From positions 23,318-87,317 of the forward strand of contig JAHJCT010000030.1 in assembly GCA_018812715.1 (NCBI GenBank): 64,000 nucleotides of DNA. The letters are read 5' to 3'. Both the position numbers and the translations under genes were made by a program. A model generated the notes under the pieces. That model was not told the origin of the DNA. It did not search any database and saw only the letters and a program-made list of their open reading frames with translations. The DNA is from Candidatus Micrarchaeota archaeon (GTDB lineage Archaea > Micrarchaeota > Micrarchaeia > Anstonellales > Bilamarchaeaceae). Below are positions 9,973 through 19,184 of this stretch, piece after piece. Position 1 is the stretch's first letter. The number at the start of each line of letters is the position of its first letter.

Positions 9973-10283
9973 GAAACCTCAATGCTTTCTTCTGGATAAC
10001 CAAGCTTCATCAGAATGCCTGCCACTTTGTTTTTATGGTTTCCCTGAAGTATAATAATGCCTTCTTTGGCTGTTCCGCCACAAGCAAGTTTATTTTTCAG
10101 TTCTTTGGCAGTTGAGGAAAGCTGAGCCTTATCAATTCCTTCAACAATAGTAACAAGCTTTTTGAATTTTTTCTTGGTCGAGTATATCTTTATTTTCGCT
10201 GTTCCTTGTTTGTCAAGAATTTCGCATACGCAAAGATCCTTGAGCATTCCACATTTGGGACATTTATCCATTAACGTATTCAC
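9969..10283 (-). CDS. Translation initiation factor SUI1 (aIF1)
   Basis: N-terminal CPKCG...CVC zinc knuckle; VTIVEGI and KLACGGTAKEGIIILQG core typical of SUI1/eIF1. Confidence 0.85.
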   Translation of the reverse strand: MNTLMDKCPKCGMLKDLCVCEILDKQGTAKIKIYSTKKKFKKLVTIVEGIDKAQLSSTAKELKNKLACGGTAKEGIIILQGNHKNKVAGILMKLGYPEESIEVS

Positions 10284-10300
10284 CTAGTACAAATTAGCAA

Positions 10301-10483
10301 TTAGCTCTTTTTAACCCTTTTGGACGTGGGGGTTTTGAGCCTTGCTATGGTTTTTCTGATTGGTTTGACTTTATCCTTTCTTCCTTCGCCATGTAATTCA
10401 AGTATAACACGTTCAAGCTCTGCTATTTTTGCTTCTTTTTCTTTATCGCTCATGCGTTCAATATCGCTTTTTTTGATTACCAT
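10301..10483 (-). CDS. rpl29: 50S ribosomal protein L29 (uL29)
   Basis: 60-aa helical protein; KIAELERVILEL pattern; directly downstream of S3. Confidence 0.85.
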   Translation of the reverse strand: MVIKKSDIERMSDKEKEAKIAELERVILELHGEGRKDKVKPIRKTIARLKTPTSKRVKKS

Positions 10484-11208
10484 TAGCGTCTACCTCTTCT
10501 TGGTGGTTGTCTTCTTGGTGCTGATCTTTTTGGTGCTGAGTTTGTATTACCTTCATTTCGTGTTTTGTCAACACTGCTTGCTGAATCAATCACTTTTGGA
10601 AGCACAACATTTTCTGTTTTTTTATCAGGGAAAACAGTACCAGGAGGAACAATGCGAACAAGCACACCAATAATTCCAGAACGTGTATTCGCATGGATAT
10701 GGGCACTTCTTGCCAATCGTGCTGGTTCGCCAGCCTTCGGAATATAACCTGCAGATACACGAAGGCTTTTTGCCCGTGCACCCTTTGCTCCAATTTTTCC
10801 TGCAGCAACTATTTCAGCACCGAGTGCACCTGCTCTGATTATTTCTCTTAATGTATAATGAAGTACTGCACGAACTTTTTTGCCCATCTCTATATAACGA
10901 GCTGCTCTTCTTGCAACTAATCTTGGTTCAAGAAAAGGTTCCTGCACTTCAACAACACTTATCTGAGGATTTTCAATATCAAATGATTGTTTTATCGTAT
11001 CAGTAAGTTCGTTTATGAGCCTGCCTTTTTTTCCGATAATCCTTGCAGGATTAGTAACTTCAAGCGTTATTCTTGTAACTAACGGCGTTCTTTGAATATC
11101 CACATTAGCAAGCCCAGCTCTGTCCAACTTTTTTTCAAGGAATTTCATAAGCTGATATTTGCTGAATGGCTCCTCGATCAATTTTTCTTGATAAATCATT
11201 ATTATCAC
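10483..11208 (-). CDS. rps3: 30S ribosomal protein S3 (uS3)
   Basis: KH-domain IIGKKGRLINEL and GAEIVAAGKIGAKGARAKS motifs; basic C-terminal tail. Confidence 0.9.
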   Translation of the reverse strand: MIIMIYQEKLIEEPFSKYQLMKFLEKKLDRAGLANVDIQRTPLVTRITLEVTNPARIIGKKGRLINELTDTIKQSFDIENPQISVVEVQEPFLEPRLVARRAARYIEMGKKVRAVLHYTLREIIRAGALGAEIVAAGKIGAKGARAKSLRVSAGYIPKAGEPARLARSAHIHANTRSGIIGVLVRIVPPGTVFPDKKTENVVLPKVIDSASSVDKTRNEGNTNSAPKRSAPRRQPPRRGRR

Positions 11209-11894
11209 CTTTTGTCATATTCCCCGTGTTGATGGGGCATTTCTTTTTTCTCATGATCTTTTTCTTTGTGAATATGTGTTTCCATATCTTTTTTCAAAAG
11301 CTCTGGTTGTTTTTCTTCTTCAACCTTTTTTTCTTCTGGTTTCTTTTCCTTGGGTTCTTTTTCATCTTTTTTAGGTTTTTCTTCTGATTTCTTTTTCTTG
11401 TCTTCCTTAGGTTTTTTAGGCGGAGTTATAGTAACACCTTTTGGTATCTCTTCGCCTTTAAGCACTATTTCTACTCTGGCCGTTTCAAGATTGGATCTGG
11501 CCCAACGACCTTTTGATGCAATACGTGGATACATTTCCTTCTTATTTGCTGATGCCAACAGAATTGTGTAGGTATCACCCAGGCCTTTTACTTTTCCGTT
11601 TGCAATGGCACTTTTTAGAAGTTTTAAAACAACTGCTGCTGCTTTTTTAGGGTACCTCCCTTTCCTCCCGCGAAGCTCTCTCCTATGGCCAAGTCGTTTA
11701 TTGTGCGTCCTATAAAGAATTGGGATTTCTCCTTTTGATGCCTTTTCCAAAAAGCCAAGTGCCCAGATTGTTTTTTTATTTTTCAATCTGCCACAAACTT
11801 CTGCAAGGTCTTTGTAGGAAGCATTTACGCCCTCGATACGAGCGGTTGCACAATTTTCCGATATAGTTGAAGAATAACCTTTCATAAACATCAC
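11205..11894 (-). CDS. rpl22: 50S ribosomal protein L22 (uL22) with about 75-aa Lys/Glu-rich C-terminal extension
   Basis: L22 core (ARIEGVNASYKDLAEVCGRL...RVEIVL) followed by a KKPKEDKKKKSEEKPKKDEKEPKEKKPEEKK tail. Confidence 0.88.
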   Translation of the reverse strand: MMFMKGYSSTISENCATARIEGVNASYKDLAEVCGRLKNKKTIWALGFLEKASKGEIPILYRTHNKRLGHRRELRGRKGRYPKKAAAVVLKLLKSAIANGKVKGLGDTYTILLASANKKEMYPRIASKGRWARSNLETARVEIVLKGEEIPKGVTITPPKKPKEDKKKKSEEKPKKDEKEPKEKKPEEKKVEEEKQPELLKKDMETHIHKEKDHEKKEMPHQHGEYDKR

Positions 11895-12295
11895 TTAAGT
11901 GGCACGAACTTGGAACCTCTTGTAGCACCCACACCGGGTCCAGAGTGAATAACCCTTCCTACCGAATGTGAATAATCGCCAAGCCTTTTGCCTATTTTGT
12001 GTAGTGTTATTTCCACTTTCTTGAATTCTTTTCCGTTATGAACTGCAAACGTCAAACCAATCCATTCAGGGAGGATGACCGCTTCTCTAATATGTGTTTT
12101 GATTAGTTTTTTTGGATTTTTCGCTTTAACTAATCGTACCTTTTCCATAAAAGTCCTTAATGGAGGATTGCTCTTGACTTTGAGTAGAGTTCTTCTTTCC
12201 CTTGAACCAATTTTTTTCATAAACTCATCAAAGCTGAGTTTTTCAATTTCATCCTCGTTAACTCCTTTCCATGTGTTTTTCTTCATAATCATCAC
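11891..12295 (-). CDS. rps19: 30S ribosomal protein S19 (uS19)
   Basis: AVHNGKEFKKVEI and HSGPGVGATRGSKFVPLK motifs; operon position. Confidence 0.9.
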   Translation of the reverse strand: MMIMKKNTWKGVNEDEIEKLSFDEFMKKIGSRERRTLLKVKSNPPLRTFMEKVRLVKAKNPKKLIKTHIREAVILPEWIGLTFAVHNGKEFKKVEITLHKIGKRLGDYSHSVGRVIHSGPGVGATRGSKFVPLK

Positions 12296-13047
12296 TTCTG
12301 ACCTGTTTCAGCAGTCCTTTTTCCTTTTCTACGACCTGTTTGTCTAGCAGCTATATGTCCAACCTTTGATCCAGGTGGAGAACTTCTTGCAACAGTTGTA
12401 GGCTTACCAGCATGGTGTTGCTTTCCTCCATGTGGGTGGTTATAAGCTGATTGGTGGACACCCCTAACTGATGGCCATAATCTGTTTCTTGCTTTTCTTA
12501 ATTTGTAATAATTAGCACTTGCTTTGAGTAATGGCTTTTCAAGTCTACCGCCGCCTGCAAGTACGCCTAATTGTGCCCTGCACTCATTTGAAAGTAGCAG
12601 TGTTACCTTGCTAGGTAGCTTGACATAGACAATTTTACCTTCTTTTGAAATGATATTAGCATAAGAACCAGCGGCTTTGACAAGTGTGCCACCGTCTCCA
12701 GGATTGCGCTCTATATTGAATATATATGCACCATCTGGAATGCGGTAGAGTGGTAAAACACTACCAAGAACAAGTTTGCCTTGAGCACCTACATGGATCT
12801 TATCGCCTACTGCAATGCCTTCAGGAGCAAGTAGAAAACCGCTCTCATTATTTTCATATTTTATTTTCATTAAAGGGGCTGTTCTTCCAGGATCATCAAC
12901 AAATGAAAGTACCTTTCCAGTTAAAACACCTGTTTTTTCCATATCATCATAACGGCGGTATTGTAGATCTGTCTTATAACGATGGCTTGGAGCAAGATAT
13001 CTCGGGGAACCTGATCCTCTTTTTTGTTGTTTTAGTCTTTTTCCCAT
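12292..13047 (-). CDS. rpl2: 50S ribosomal protein L2 (uL2)
   Basis: MGKRLKQQKRGSGSP start (ATG 13047; tracked ORF extends to 13065); HPHGGKQHHAGKPTTV motif. Confidence 0.9.
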   Translation of the reverse strand: MGKRLKQQKRGSGSPRYLAPSHRYKTDLQYRRYDDMEKTGVLTGKVLSFVDDPGRTAPLMKIKYENNESGFLLAPEGIAVGDKIHVGAQGKLVLGSVLPLYRIPDGAYIFNIERNPGDGGTLVKAAGSYANIISKEGKIVYVKLPSKVTLLLSNECRAQLGVLAGGGRLEKPLLKASANYYKLRKARNRLWPSVRGVHQSAYNHPHGGKQHHAGKPTTVARSSPPGSKVGHIAARQTGRRKGKRTAETGQK

Positions 13048-13057
13048 AAATATGACC

Positions 13058-13309
13058 TCATGCAATCATTTTCAGTTTAGTAGCAATGTCATCTGCCTTG
13101 AATTCTTTTGTAAGTTTTACCAAGGCATGTTTTTCACCTTTTGCTGTTACAAAAGTTCTTACGGATGCCACTTTCACATTGAAAAGTTTTTCAACTTCCT
13201 CTTTTACTTGTGGCTTGCTAGCATCAAGCGTTATGTGGAATGTTAGAGTATTTTCATACTCGATTTTACTAATAGCCTTTTCTGTTTTTACAGGTTCTAT
13301 AAGTATCAT
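13058..13309 (-). CDS. rpl23: 50S ribosomal protein L23 (uL23)
   Basis: 83 aa; EKAISKIEYENTLTF and KVASVRT motifs; operon position. Confidence 0.9.
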   Translation of the reverse strand: MILIEPVKTEKAISKIEYENTLTFHITLDASKPQVKEEVEKLFNVKVASVRTFVTAKGEKHALVKLTKEFKADDIATKLKMIA

Positions 13310-14055
13310 GCTTCAAACCTCTTTGCGATCTCAGGAAGTGCATCCTCAGAAAAGAGAGTAAGCCGTCCTGGATGTGTTCCTGGAGCGAGGTGTCTTACCT
13401 TTAGTTCAGACACACTAACTAAATCAACGCCAGGGATATTTGAGGCAGCCTTTGCTGTGCTGCCGTTAGAAACAACTATAAGCATGGATTTTGTTCCGGT
13501 TTTTTTAGCCTTTTCCACAAACTTAATAAGCTTCAGGCTCTTGAGAACATTCATCACATCCTTTGTTTTTTTAAGGCCCTCAAATTGTTTTTCTATTATG
13601 ATTGGGATTGATGGGCCAATCTCAGTGTTGGCACGGCCACAAACAACCTCACGATTAGTGCTAAAGGCCAGTGCACTGGCCAGGGCGATTTTATACTCTC
13701 TTTTATTTATGAGTTCAACAATTTTCTTGGTTACTTTAGGTGGATGTGCGCGTCTTCCTTTTACTGCAAGTGGTATACGCTTAACTTTACCAAGCTGACC
13801 ACCAGGAAGTACTTCGTGTGGAAGGTGAGGAATACCTTTGTTCTTGACTGTACCAAAGTCTTCTTTTCTACCCCTGTATCGAGCACTGGTTTCAAGACCA
13901 GCGAATGGATAGGCTCCTTTAGGCTGATAAGTTTCACTTTCCTCGCTAAGAACAGCTCTTTTTACCAAGTCTCCTCTTTGGGGGGATTCGAAAACATGTG
14001 GAAGATCTATCTGTTTGAGAGCTTTTCCTTCAATTGAGTATACTGTTGCTTTCAT
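13306..14055 (-). CDS. rpl4: 50S ribosomal protein L4 (uL4)
   Basis: 249 aa; archaeal L4/L1e-like (RYRGRKEDFG, GRRAHPPK); operon position. Confidence 0.9.
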   Translation of the reverse strand: MKATVYSIEGKALKQIDLPHVFESPQRGDLVKRAVLSEESETYQPKGAYPFAGLETSARYRGRKEDFGTVKNKGIPHLPHEVLPGGQLGKVKRIPLAVKGRRAHPPKVTKKIVELINKREYKIALASALAFSTNREVVCGRANTEIGPSIPIIIEKQFEGLKKTKDVMNVLKSLKLIKFVEKAKKTGTKSMLIVVSNGSTAKAASNIPGVDLVSVSELKVRHLAPGTHPGRLTLFSEDALPEIAKRFEA

Positions 14056-14059
14056 TCAA

Positions 14060-15010
14060 TCACCTGAGAAAAGTGAGCTGAGGCTCCTTTGCTGCTGATG
14101 CGCGAACCGCTAATCTAAGCTTCACTAGTCTTTTTGCTGGCCCTGGAATAGACCCTTTAAGCATAACGTAGTTTCCCTTGACAAAACCATAATGTGGAAA
14201 CCCACAAGAAGGGTTTATTTCTTCGGGTTTGTCACTTATCTTCATGATCATCTTATTGATTTCTGTTCGCTTATGATAACCAGTTTGACCTGCTTGAGGA
14301 ACTGTATACATAACATAAGCAGGGGTGAATGGGCCTAATGTACCTACGTGACGTCTTTTACCAGTAGCTTTTCTTCTTTGGATATTTACTCCAAACCTTT
14401 TTACTGGACCTTGCCATCCTTTGCCTTTAGTGACGCCGATTACATCAACAAAATCTCCACTCTTGAAAACATCACTTATTGGGAGTTCTTTGCCAAGAAG
14501 ACTCTTACAAAACTCAAGTTTTTCTTTCGCATCCTTGCCGCCACAGCCCAATTCCATTTTTTCAATATGTTTTTTACCAATGGCTGTTTTTGAAGGCGTT
14601 ACAAAAACAAGGAGTCTTGCATCATCAATTTCATCGAATTCTTTTGGTTCCTTTGGTTTCTTTACTCCGGATAATTTGAGTAATTTATCATCTTGTGTAA
14701 GTATATCTCCTATTGAATTCTTTGATTTGTAACAACGTATACCATATACGACTAAGGGCGGAACCTCTAGGACTGTAGCCGCGCTGACAATTTCTTGACC
14801 TTTTGATGGAGATTCACTCTCGTCAACATAGGCAATGTGCATCATGCCTGCTTTGTAGCCTGCATAACCAAGTACTCTTTTTTCTTCTGAGTTCTGCCAA
14901 TAGACTTGTGCATTCTGTTTTGATGCTCTTTTCCTGGGCCTATAGGCCATTGATCCCTTCCTGGGTTTCTGTATATCTGACAATTCAACACCTTCTATAA
15001 TTCCCGCCAA
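14060..15010 (-). CDS. rpl3: 50S ribosomal protein L3 (uL3)
   Basis: KPRKGSMAYRPRKRA N-terminal motif and VTKGKGWQGPVKRFGV. Start uncertain: TTG at 15010, or TTG at 14983 preceded by GGTG. Confidence 0.88.
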   Translation of the reverse strand: MAGIIEGVELSDIQKPRKGSMAYRPRKRASKQNAQVYWQNSEEKRVLGYAGYKAGMMHIAYVDESESPSKGQEIVSAATVLEVPPLVVYGIRCYKSKNSIGDILTQDDKLLKLSGVKKPKEPKEFDEIDDARLLVFVTPSKTAIGKKHIEKMELGCGGKDAKEKLEFCKSLLGKELPISDVFKSGDFVDVIGVTKGKGWQGPVKRFGVNIQRRKATGKRRHVGTLGPFTPAYVMYTVPQAGQTGYHKRTEINKMIMKISDKPEEINPSCGFPHYGFVKGNYVMLKGSIPGPAKRLVKLRLAVRASAAKEPQLTFLR

Positions 15011-15029
15011 TACGACAGCTAATTTTTGG

Positions 15030-15117
15030 CCGCTTTTCCTAAAAAGCGGATCGTGTTGCCCTTAAGATTCCAGGGAAATACCCCTTCTCATACGGGATCT
15101 TGGAAATGCTCCAAGAT
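15030..15117 (-). promoter_or_regulatory. Structured, GC-richer 5' leader or ncRNA candidate upstream of rpl3
   Basis: 8-bp hairpin ccgctttt/aaaagcgg (15030-15049) and 7-bp hairpin atcttgg/ccaagat (15097-15117) in a visibly GC-richer patch of an AT-rich intergenic region. Confidence 0.3.
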
Positions 15118-15368
15118 GCAAGTGTGACACTTACCACGCCGGAAATAATTAAGTAGAAAAACTATACTAAGAAAGATTTATAAAGTAAACTTTTCTTTCG
15201 ACGAAAAGAGGCAGTAATAAAAGAATTTGGTTGATAAATAGGTAAAAGGCTAGACCCAGCATTAAAAACAGAGATGATTGTTGGAATTAGTGAAAAAGCA
15301 TGTATTTATAAAGGTTAAGTGTGTAAAATAATATAAAGAAAGGATAGTGAAACCACCATAAATTCAAA

Positions 15369-17045
15369 ATGATCAGTATGACTTCTAAAAGACTCAGAGG
15401 ACCGGGTGAAGATACGCCTGAGGCACGTAATGCACAGATGTTAGACCGTCTAAAAAAGAGACAGTTGAGATTGGCTATCAAAAAAGCCCATGAAAAAGGT
15501 ACCCAACCACCGAAACTTGTTACTTGTAATCCACAGGCAAACGGTGATAGAACAAATGGCAGAACACTTGATGAACATTTGAAAGTTATCGTAGGCCCTT
15601 ATCTTATCGACGAAGCAATGCAAGAAGAATTAAATGGGAATACTTTTAGTGCAATTGTATGTTTAATTGATAAATCCCGACAAAACCCAGTCAATAAATT
15701 AGGGGGTAAAAATGGTGGGGATAGAGCTATGGAAGCTTACTGGGATGTTGGAGCAACAACAACCATGCTTTTAGGCTCGATAAATGGAAGCAACCGAGTT
15801 GGCATGCATCTCACAAGAGTATCACCAACATCAGATGAGGGCATATTGGTTATAGGTGGAACCGGATTACCAACAAGTACTCACGAACAATTCAAGCAAT
15901 GCTGGGCATACGCAAGAGAGCATCTTGATTTGAGTAAATATAAATATAATATTACTATAGGTGGGGAAGTATTTGAACTTGATCTTAAAGCATTCTCAAG
16001 GATTCTGAAACATCCAGATATGGTGGTGGCATGCAGTTACACTATTTCAAGTCCTATTTCTGTAAATCCATTGGCAGATCCAAGATTTTTGATGGATGAA
16101 ATAAGAAAACTCGAGAATAGTGAAATTAATTTTTATGATTACTTACCAGTTAGTTTGAGAGGCAATGGGGGCCTTGCCGAAGTTAAAACTCCATTTGAGC
16201 GTAACCTTTTTGCAGATGGGATAAAAAGCAAACCAAATGGTTGTTATATTGAAATAAAACTTGACATAGGTGAGATTGCACCAGAACTTCTTCCACTTAC
16301 AAAAGATGGAGAATGGGGCAATGGAACAAGAAAAGGATTTGCAGAACTATTTTCAGGGAAAGGGGGGATGCGTTTACTTAACACATTCATTGGAAAGGCA
16401 CGTGCAAATCGCATACTCACTCCAATAGCACAAGCATTGGGTGATTTGAAAGCCATGGGTATAGATGTGGTTCCTGTAAGCGGAAATCATCTTCAGTATT
16501 GGGCCGATCTTCCCCCCAGTAGAAGAACAAAAGAAAGAATCAGGGAGGCAATAACTAGAAGAATACATACAAAGGTTGAAGATGTCGGTTATTTGGATTT
16601 AGAATTTGATCCTGTAGTTACATTAGTCAAGGCAGAAGGATTAAATGTGGAAGATGTAAGGGCAAGATTTATACTCGATTCTTTAGGACGATATGAAGAG
16701 GATGTTGCGGTTTTAGATAAGGCGGATTTTCTGCTTAATTTTGTAGAGAATGTGCATCAGCATGTACAACGAGAGCTATATAAAGAACTTAGCAAGAATG
16801 GCGGAAAAGGAATAACAAAAGAAGATAGAGAAAACATAGAATTTGTAAGATATGTATGCGCTAGTAGGAGAACCATAAGAGATGTTGAAGATTTTGTTTG
16901 GACAATTCGTAATGATCAGGAATTGGAACATGTAAGAGATAAAAGAGACAGGCTTGAGAATTGGATATTTGATTTTGCTAAAGAAAGATTTGATAGGATG
17001 TTTTATCTACTTGCACAAAAGATAAGAAGACAAGTTGGAAGATAA
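15369..17045 (+). CDS. Hypothetical protein (558 aa orphan)
   Basis: Long uninterrupted ORF with a basic N-terminus; no family recognised by eye. Confidence 0.6.
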   Translation: MISMTSKRLRGPGEDTPEARNAQMLDRLKKRQLRLAIKKAHEKGTQPPKLVTCNPQANGDRTNGRTLDEHLKVIVGPYLIDEAMQEELNGNTFSAIVCLIDKSRQNPVNKLGGKNGGDRAMEAYWDVGATTTMLLGSINGSNRVGMHLTRVSPTSDEGILVIGGTGLPTSTHEQFKQCWAYAREHLDLSKYKYNITIGGEVFELDLKAFSRILKHPDMVVACSYTISSPISVNPLADPRFLMDEIRKLENSEINFYDYLPVSLRGNGGLAEVKTPFERNLFADGIKSKPNGCYIEIKLDIGEIAPELLPLTKDGEWGNGTRKGFAELFSGKGGMRLLNTFIGKARANRILTPIAQALGDLKAMGIDVVPVSGNHLQYWADLPPSRRTKERIREAITRRIHTKVEDVGYLDLEFDPVVTLVKAEGLNVEDVRARFILDSLGRYEEDVAVLDKADFLLNFVENVHQHVQRELYKELSKNGGKGITKEDRENIEFVRYVCASRRTIRDVEDFVWTIRNDQELEHVRDKRDRLENWIFDFAKERFDRMFYLLAQKIRRQVGR

Positions 17046-17603
17046 TTAATGCAATGCTGGGAATGCAGGTGGTTCAACGCCAAGTGATTGATGTGTATTA
17101 TCAAGTGCACCCAACACATCCCTATAGAGTGTTTGTGCCTTTCCTATCACTGTTTTTGCATCAGACTTTCTATCCTCGGTATTTTTTGCATATGTTCTCT
17201 CGCGTAAGAGGCCATCATTTAATGTGGTTTGTAGAATACTTGCTGCGATGCCCACACGACTAATAGTATATACATCAGCACTATTGCGTGATCTTTCGTA
17301 CATTGTTTCAAGCATTCTAAATAAAGATAAAACAACTGTTGCGGGGATTTGTTCTGCTGGAGCAGCAATTAGATCCAACTCACCACTTTGTGTTTTTTCT
17401 TGAGCTACCATCAATGTTCTTTTTGCATCTGCTATTTGTGGGCGGAGATTATCTAGTCTTTTTTGTACAATGGTCGCATATCGATTAGCTGCTTCACGAG
17501 GATTGGCAAAGGATCTTTCTCTGGCTCTTTCTTGCATTGAAGTAACAAAACCAGTAGCAACGACGGCATTTCTGCGTGCAGCCAATTGTTGAAGAACAGC
17601 CAT
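17046..17603 (-). CDS. Hypothetical all-alpha protein (185 aa from MAVLQQLAARR)
   Basis: ORF with ATG at 17603. Convergent with, and abutting, the 558-aa gene through palindromic stops TAATTA. Confidence 0.5.
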   Translation of the reverse strand: MAVLQQLAARRNAVVATGFVTSMQERARERSFANPREAANRYATIVQKRLDNLRPQIADAKRTLMVAQEKTQSGELDLIAAPAEQIPATVVLSLFRMLETMYERSRNSADVYTISRVGIAASILQTTLNDGLLRERTYAKNTEDRKSDAKTVIGKAQTLYRDVLGALDNTHQSLGVEPPAFPALH

Positions 17604-17670
17604 ACATAAACCTCCATTTATATTCGTGTATAGAAATATATTAAAAGTAGAACTAAACACGCATACAAAA

Positions 17671-17696
17671 ATCCATTTTCTTCAACTAAAATGGAT
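17671..17696 (-). terminator. Hairpin plus T-run, terminator-like
   Basis: 9-bp stem atccatttt/aaaatggat. On the minus strand it is followed by TTTTTG, just downstream of the 17777..18352 gene. Confidence 0.4.
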
Positions 17697-17776
17697 CAAA
17701 AATAAACATCTATTAACACAATTTTATTAAAAATAACATTGAAATAAAAAAATTCAAGTGATTTTCTACAAGATAA

Positions 17777-18352
17777 TTACTCTTCTTCATAACTTTCATA
17801 TACTAGATCATTAAAAGAATATGCCGGTGGATCATCTGCAAAAACTTTTAATGCATCATCACCCATGAGAAAAGAACCACTTTCAGGAACAAAAAGATAT
17901 TGGTGGTTTTCCCATGAAAACTTAACAAAAGATTTGCCTTTTTTTGTTACAATTATACGAACATCGTCAGATTCAAGAGAACGAAGTAAAGTAGTTAACA
18001 TTATGGCCTTGTTCATTGCAGTGCCGATCTTTAATTTATCCATTTCTTCAAAATCCATCCAAAAGCTAAAGGCAAATTCGCAGGTTTTTATATCACGAAT
18101 ATAGGAAATCGCTCGTTGTGTTGCATCAAAGAATTGAAGTTTATAATTATAAGGAATCATATCTTTAGTAAAATCATCGCGAAGTTTCCTTATTGTATCG
18201 TTGTATGGCGAAACTTTTTGGCGCATTTCTGAAATAGTGAGAGATTCTTTTTCATTTATTATATCTTTATACCTATTCAATACAAGACGATATATCTCAA
18301 GTTTTGTTGCAACATTCAGCTCGTCTACCATATAACGATAAACAATTGCCAA
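17777..18352 (-). CDS. Hypothetical protein (191 aa)
   Basis: ORF only; acidic C-terminus; no confident family. Confidence 0.5.
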   Translation of the reverse strand: MAIVYRYMVDELNVATKLEIYRLVLNRYKDIINEKESLTISEMRQKVSPYNDTIRKLRDDFTKDMIPYNYKLQFFDATQRAISYIRDIKTCEFAFSFWMDFEEMDKLKIGTAMNKAIMLTTLLRSLESDDVRIIVTKKGKSFVKFSWENHQYLFVPESGSFLMGDDALKVFADDPPAYSFNDLVYESYEEE

Positions 18353-18386
18353 AGATTATTTAACCTTTTTTAATGAATGACTAATC

Positions 18387-19184
18387 ATGACTTTTGAGAT
18401 ATTTACAGCATTAGTTGCATTTTTGGCATTGATTTATGCAGGAATGGCTAAATTCATACAAAATAAATTAGTCAATAGGGAAGAGTTAGAAGCAATGCAA
18501 GCAGAATCAAAAAAATTAAATGAAGAAGTAAAAAAAGCTCAGGAAAGTAAGAACCAGAAAAAGATAGACGAAGCAATGAAAAAACAAATGGACTTTCTTC
18601 CCAAGATGAGTAAGACCATGATGAGCCAATTCAAACCAATGATTGTTATTATGGCTCTTTTCTTTGCATTTACTTGGGCGGTTGGATATATCAATCCATT
18701 AGTAGAGGATGATATAACCATTGTAATGAATGATGATGGGGAGGGTTGTGATGAATTAGCAGGCGATGGAATATATTCAGCTTGTTATGAACTTGAAGAT
18801 ATGAATTATGGAAAATGGATGTACAACGCAAAGGCATTTAATCAAGATAATGAGATTGGAAGTAATTACACATATTTCAATTATAATTCAGAAGAGGTAG
18901 ATAATTTCACTGAAATGCCACATGGAGAACCGGTGTACTTAAGCACGGATAAAAAAGAGTATTCTGCCGGTGAAACAGTAAAGCTTTATGCAGAAAATGG
19001 AAATGCTGATAGGATGGAGGCAGTATTAGATAATGGAACATATTTCAGTGTTGTTTTGCCGCTTGCAATACCAATACTGAATGTCAAAACAATATACCAA
19101 CCTTACTGGTGGTTCATACTAATATCACTTATTGCAAATTTGAGCATATCATTCGCCATGGGAAAATTGAGGAAGAAAAAATGA
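18387..19184 (+). CDS. DUF106 / EMC3-TMCO1-like (archaeal YidC/Oxa1-like) membrane protein with large loop insertion
   Basis: TM1, then a charged coiled segment (ELEAMQAESKKLNEEVKKAQ...KKQMDF...SQFKPM), then TM2, as in M. jannaschii MJ0480-type proteins. Sits directly upstream of cmk as in many archaea. Confidence 0.55.
   Translation: MTFEIFTALVAFLALIYAGMAKFIQNKLVNREELEAMQAESKKLNEEVKKAQESKNQKKIDEAMKKQMDFLPKMSKTMMSQFKPMIVIMALFFAFTWAVGYINPLVEDDITIVMNDDGEGCDELAGDGIYSACYELEDMNYGKWMYNAKAFNQDNEIGSNYTYFNYNSEEVDNFTEMPHGEPVYLSTDKKEYSAGETVKLYAENGNADRMEAVLDNGTYFSVVLPLAIPILNVKTIYQPYWWFILISLIANLSISFAMGKLRKKK

Noticed and set aside
15011-15160. A tRNA or split-tRNA half in the rpl3 upstream region
   Set aside because: Neither strand has a GTTCRAnnC T-arm or matching acceptor halves. 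The 7-nt loops do not fit the anticodon-loop pattern (no T at position 33).
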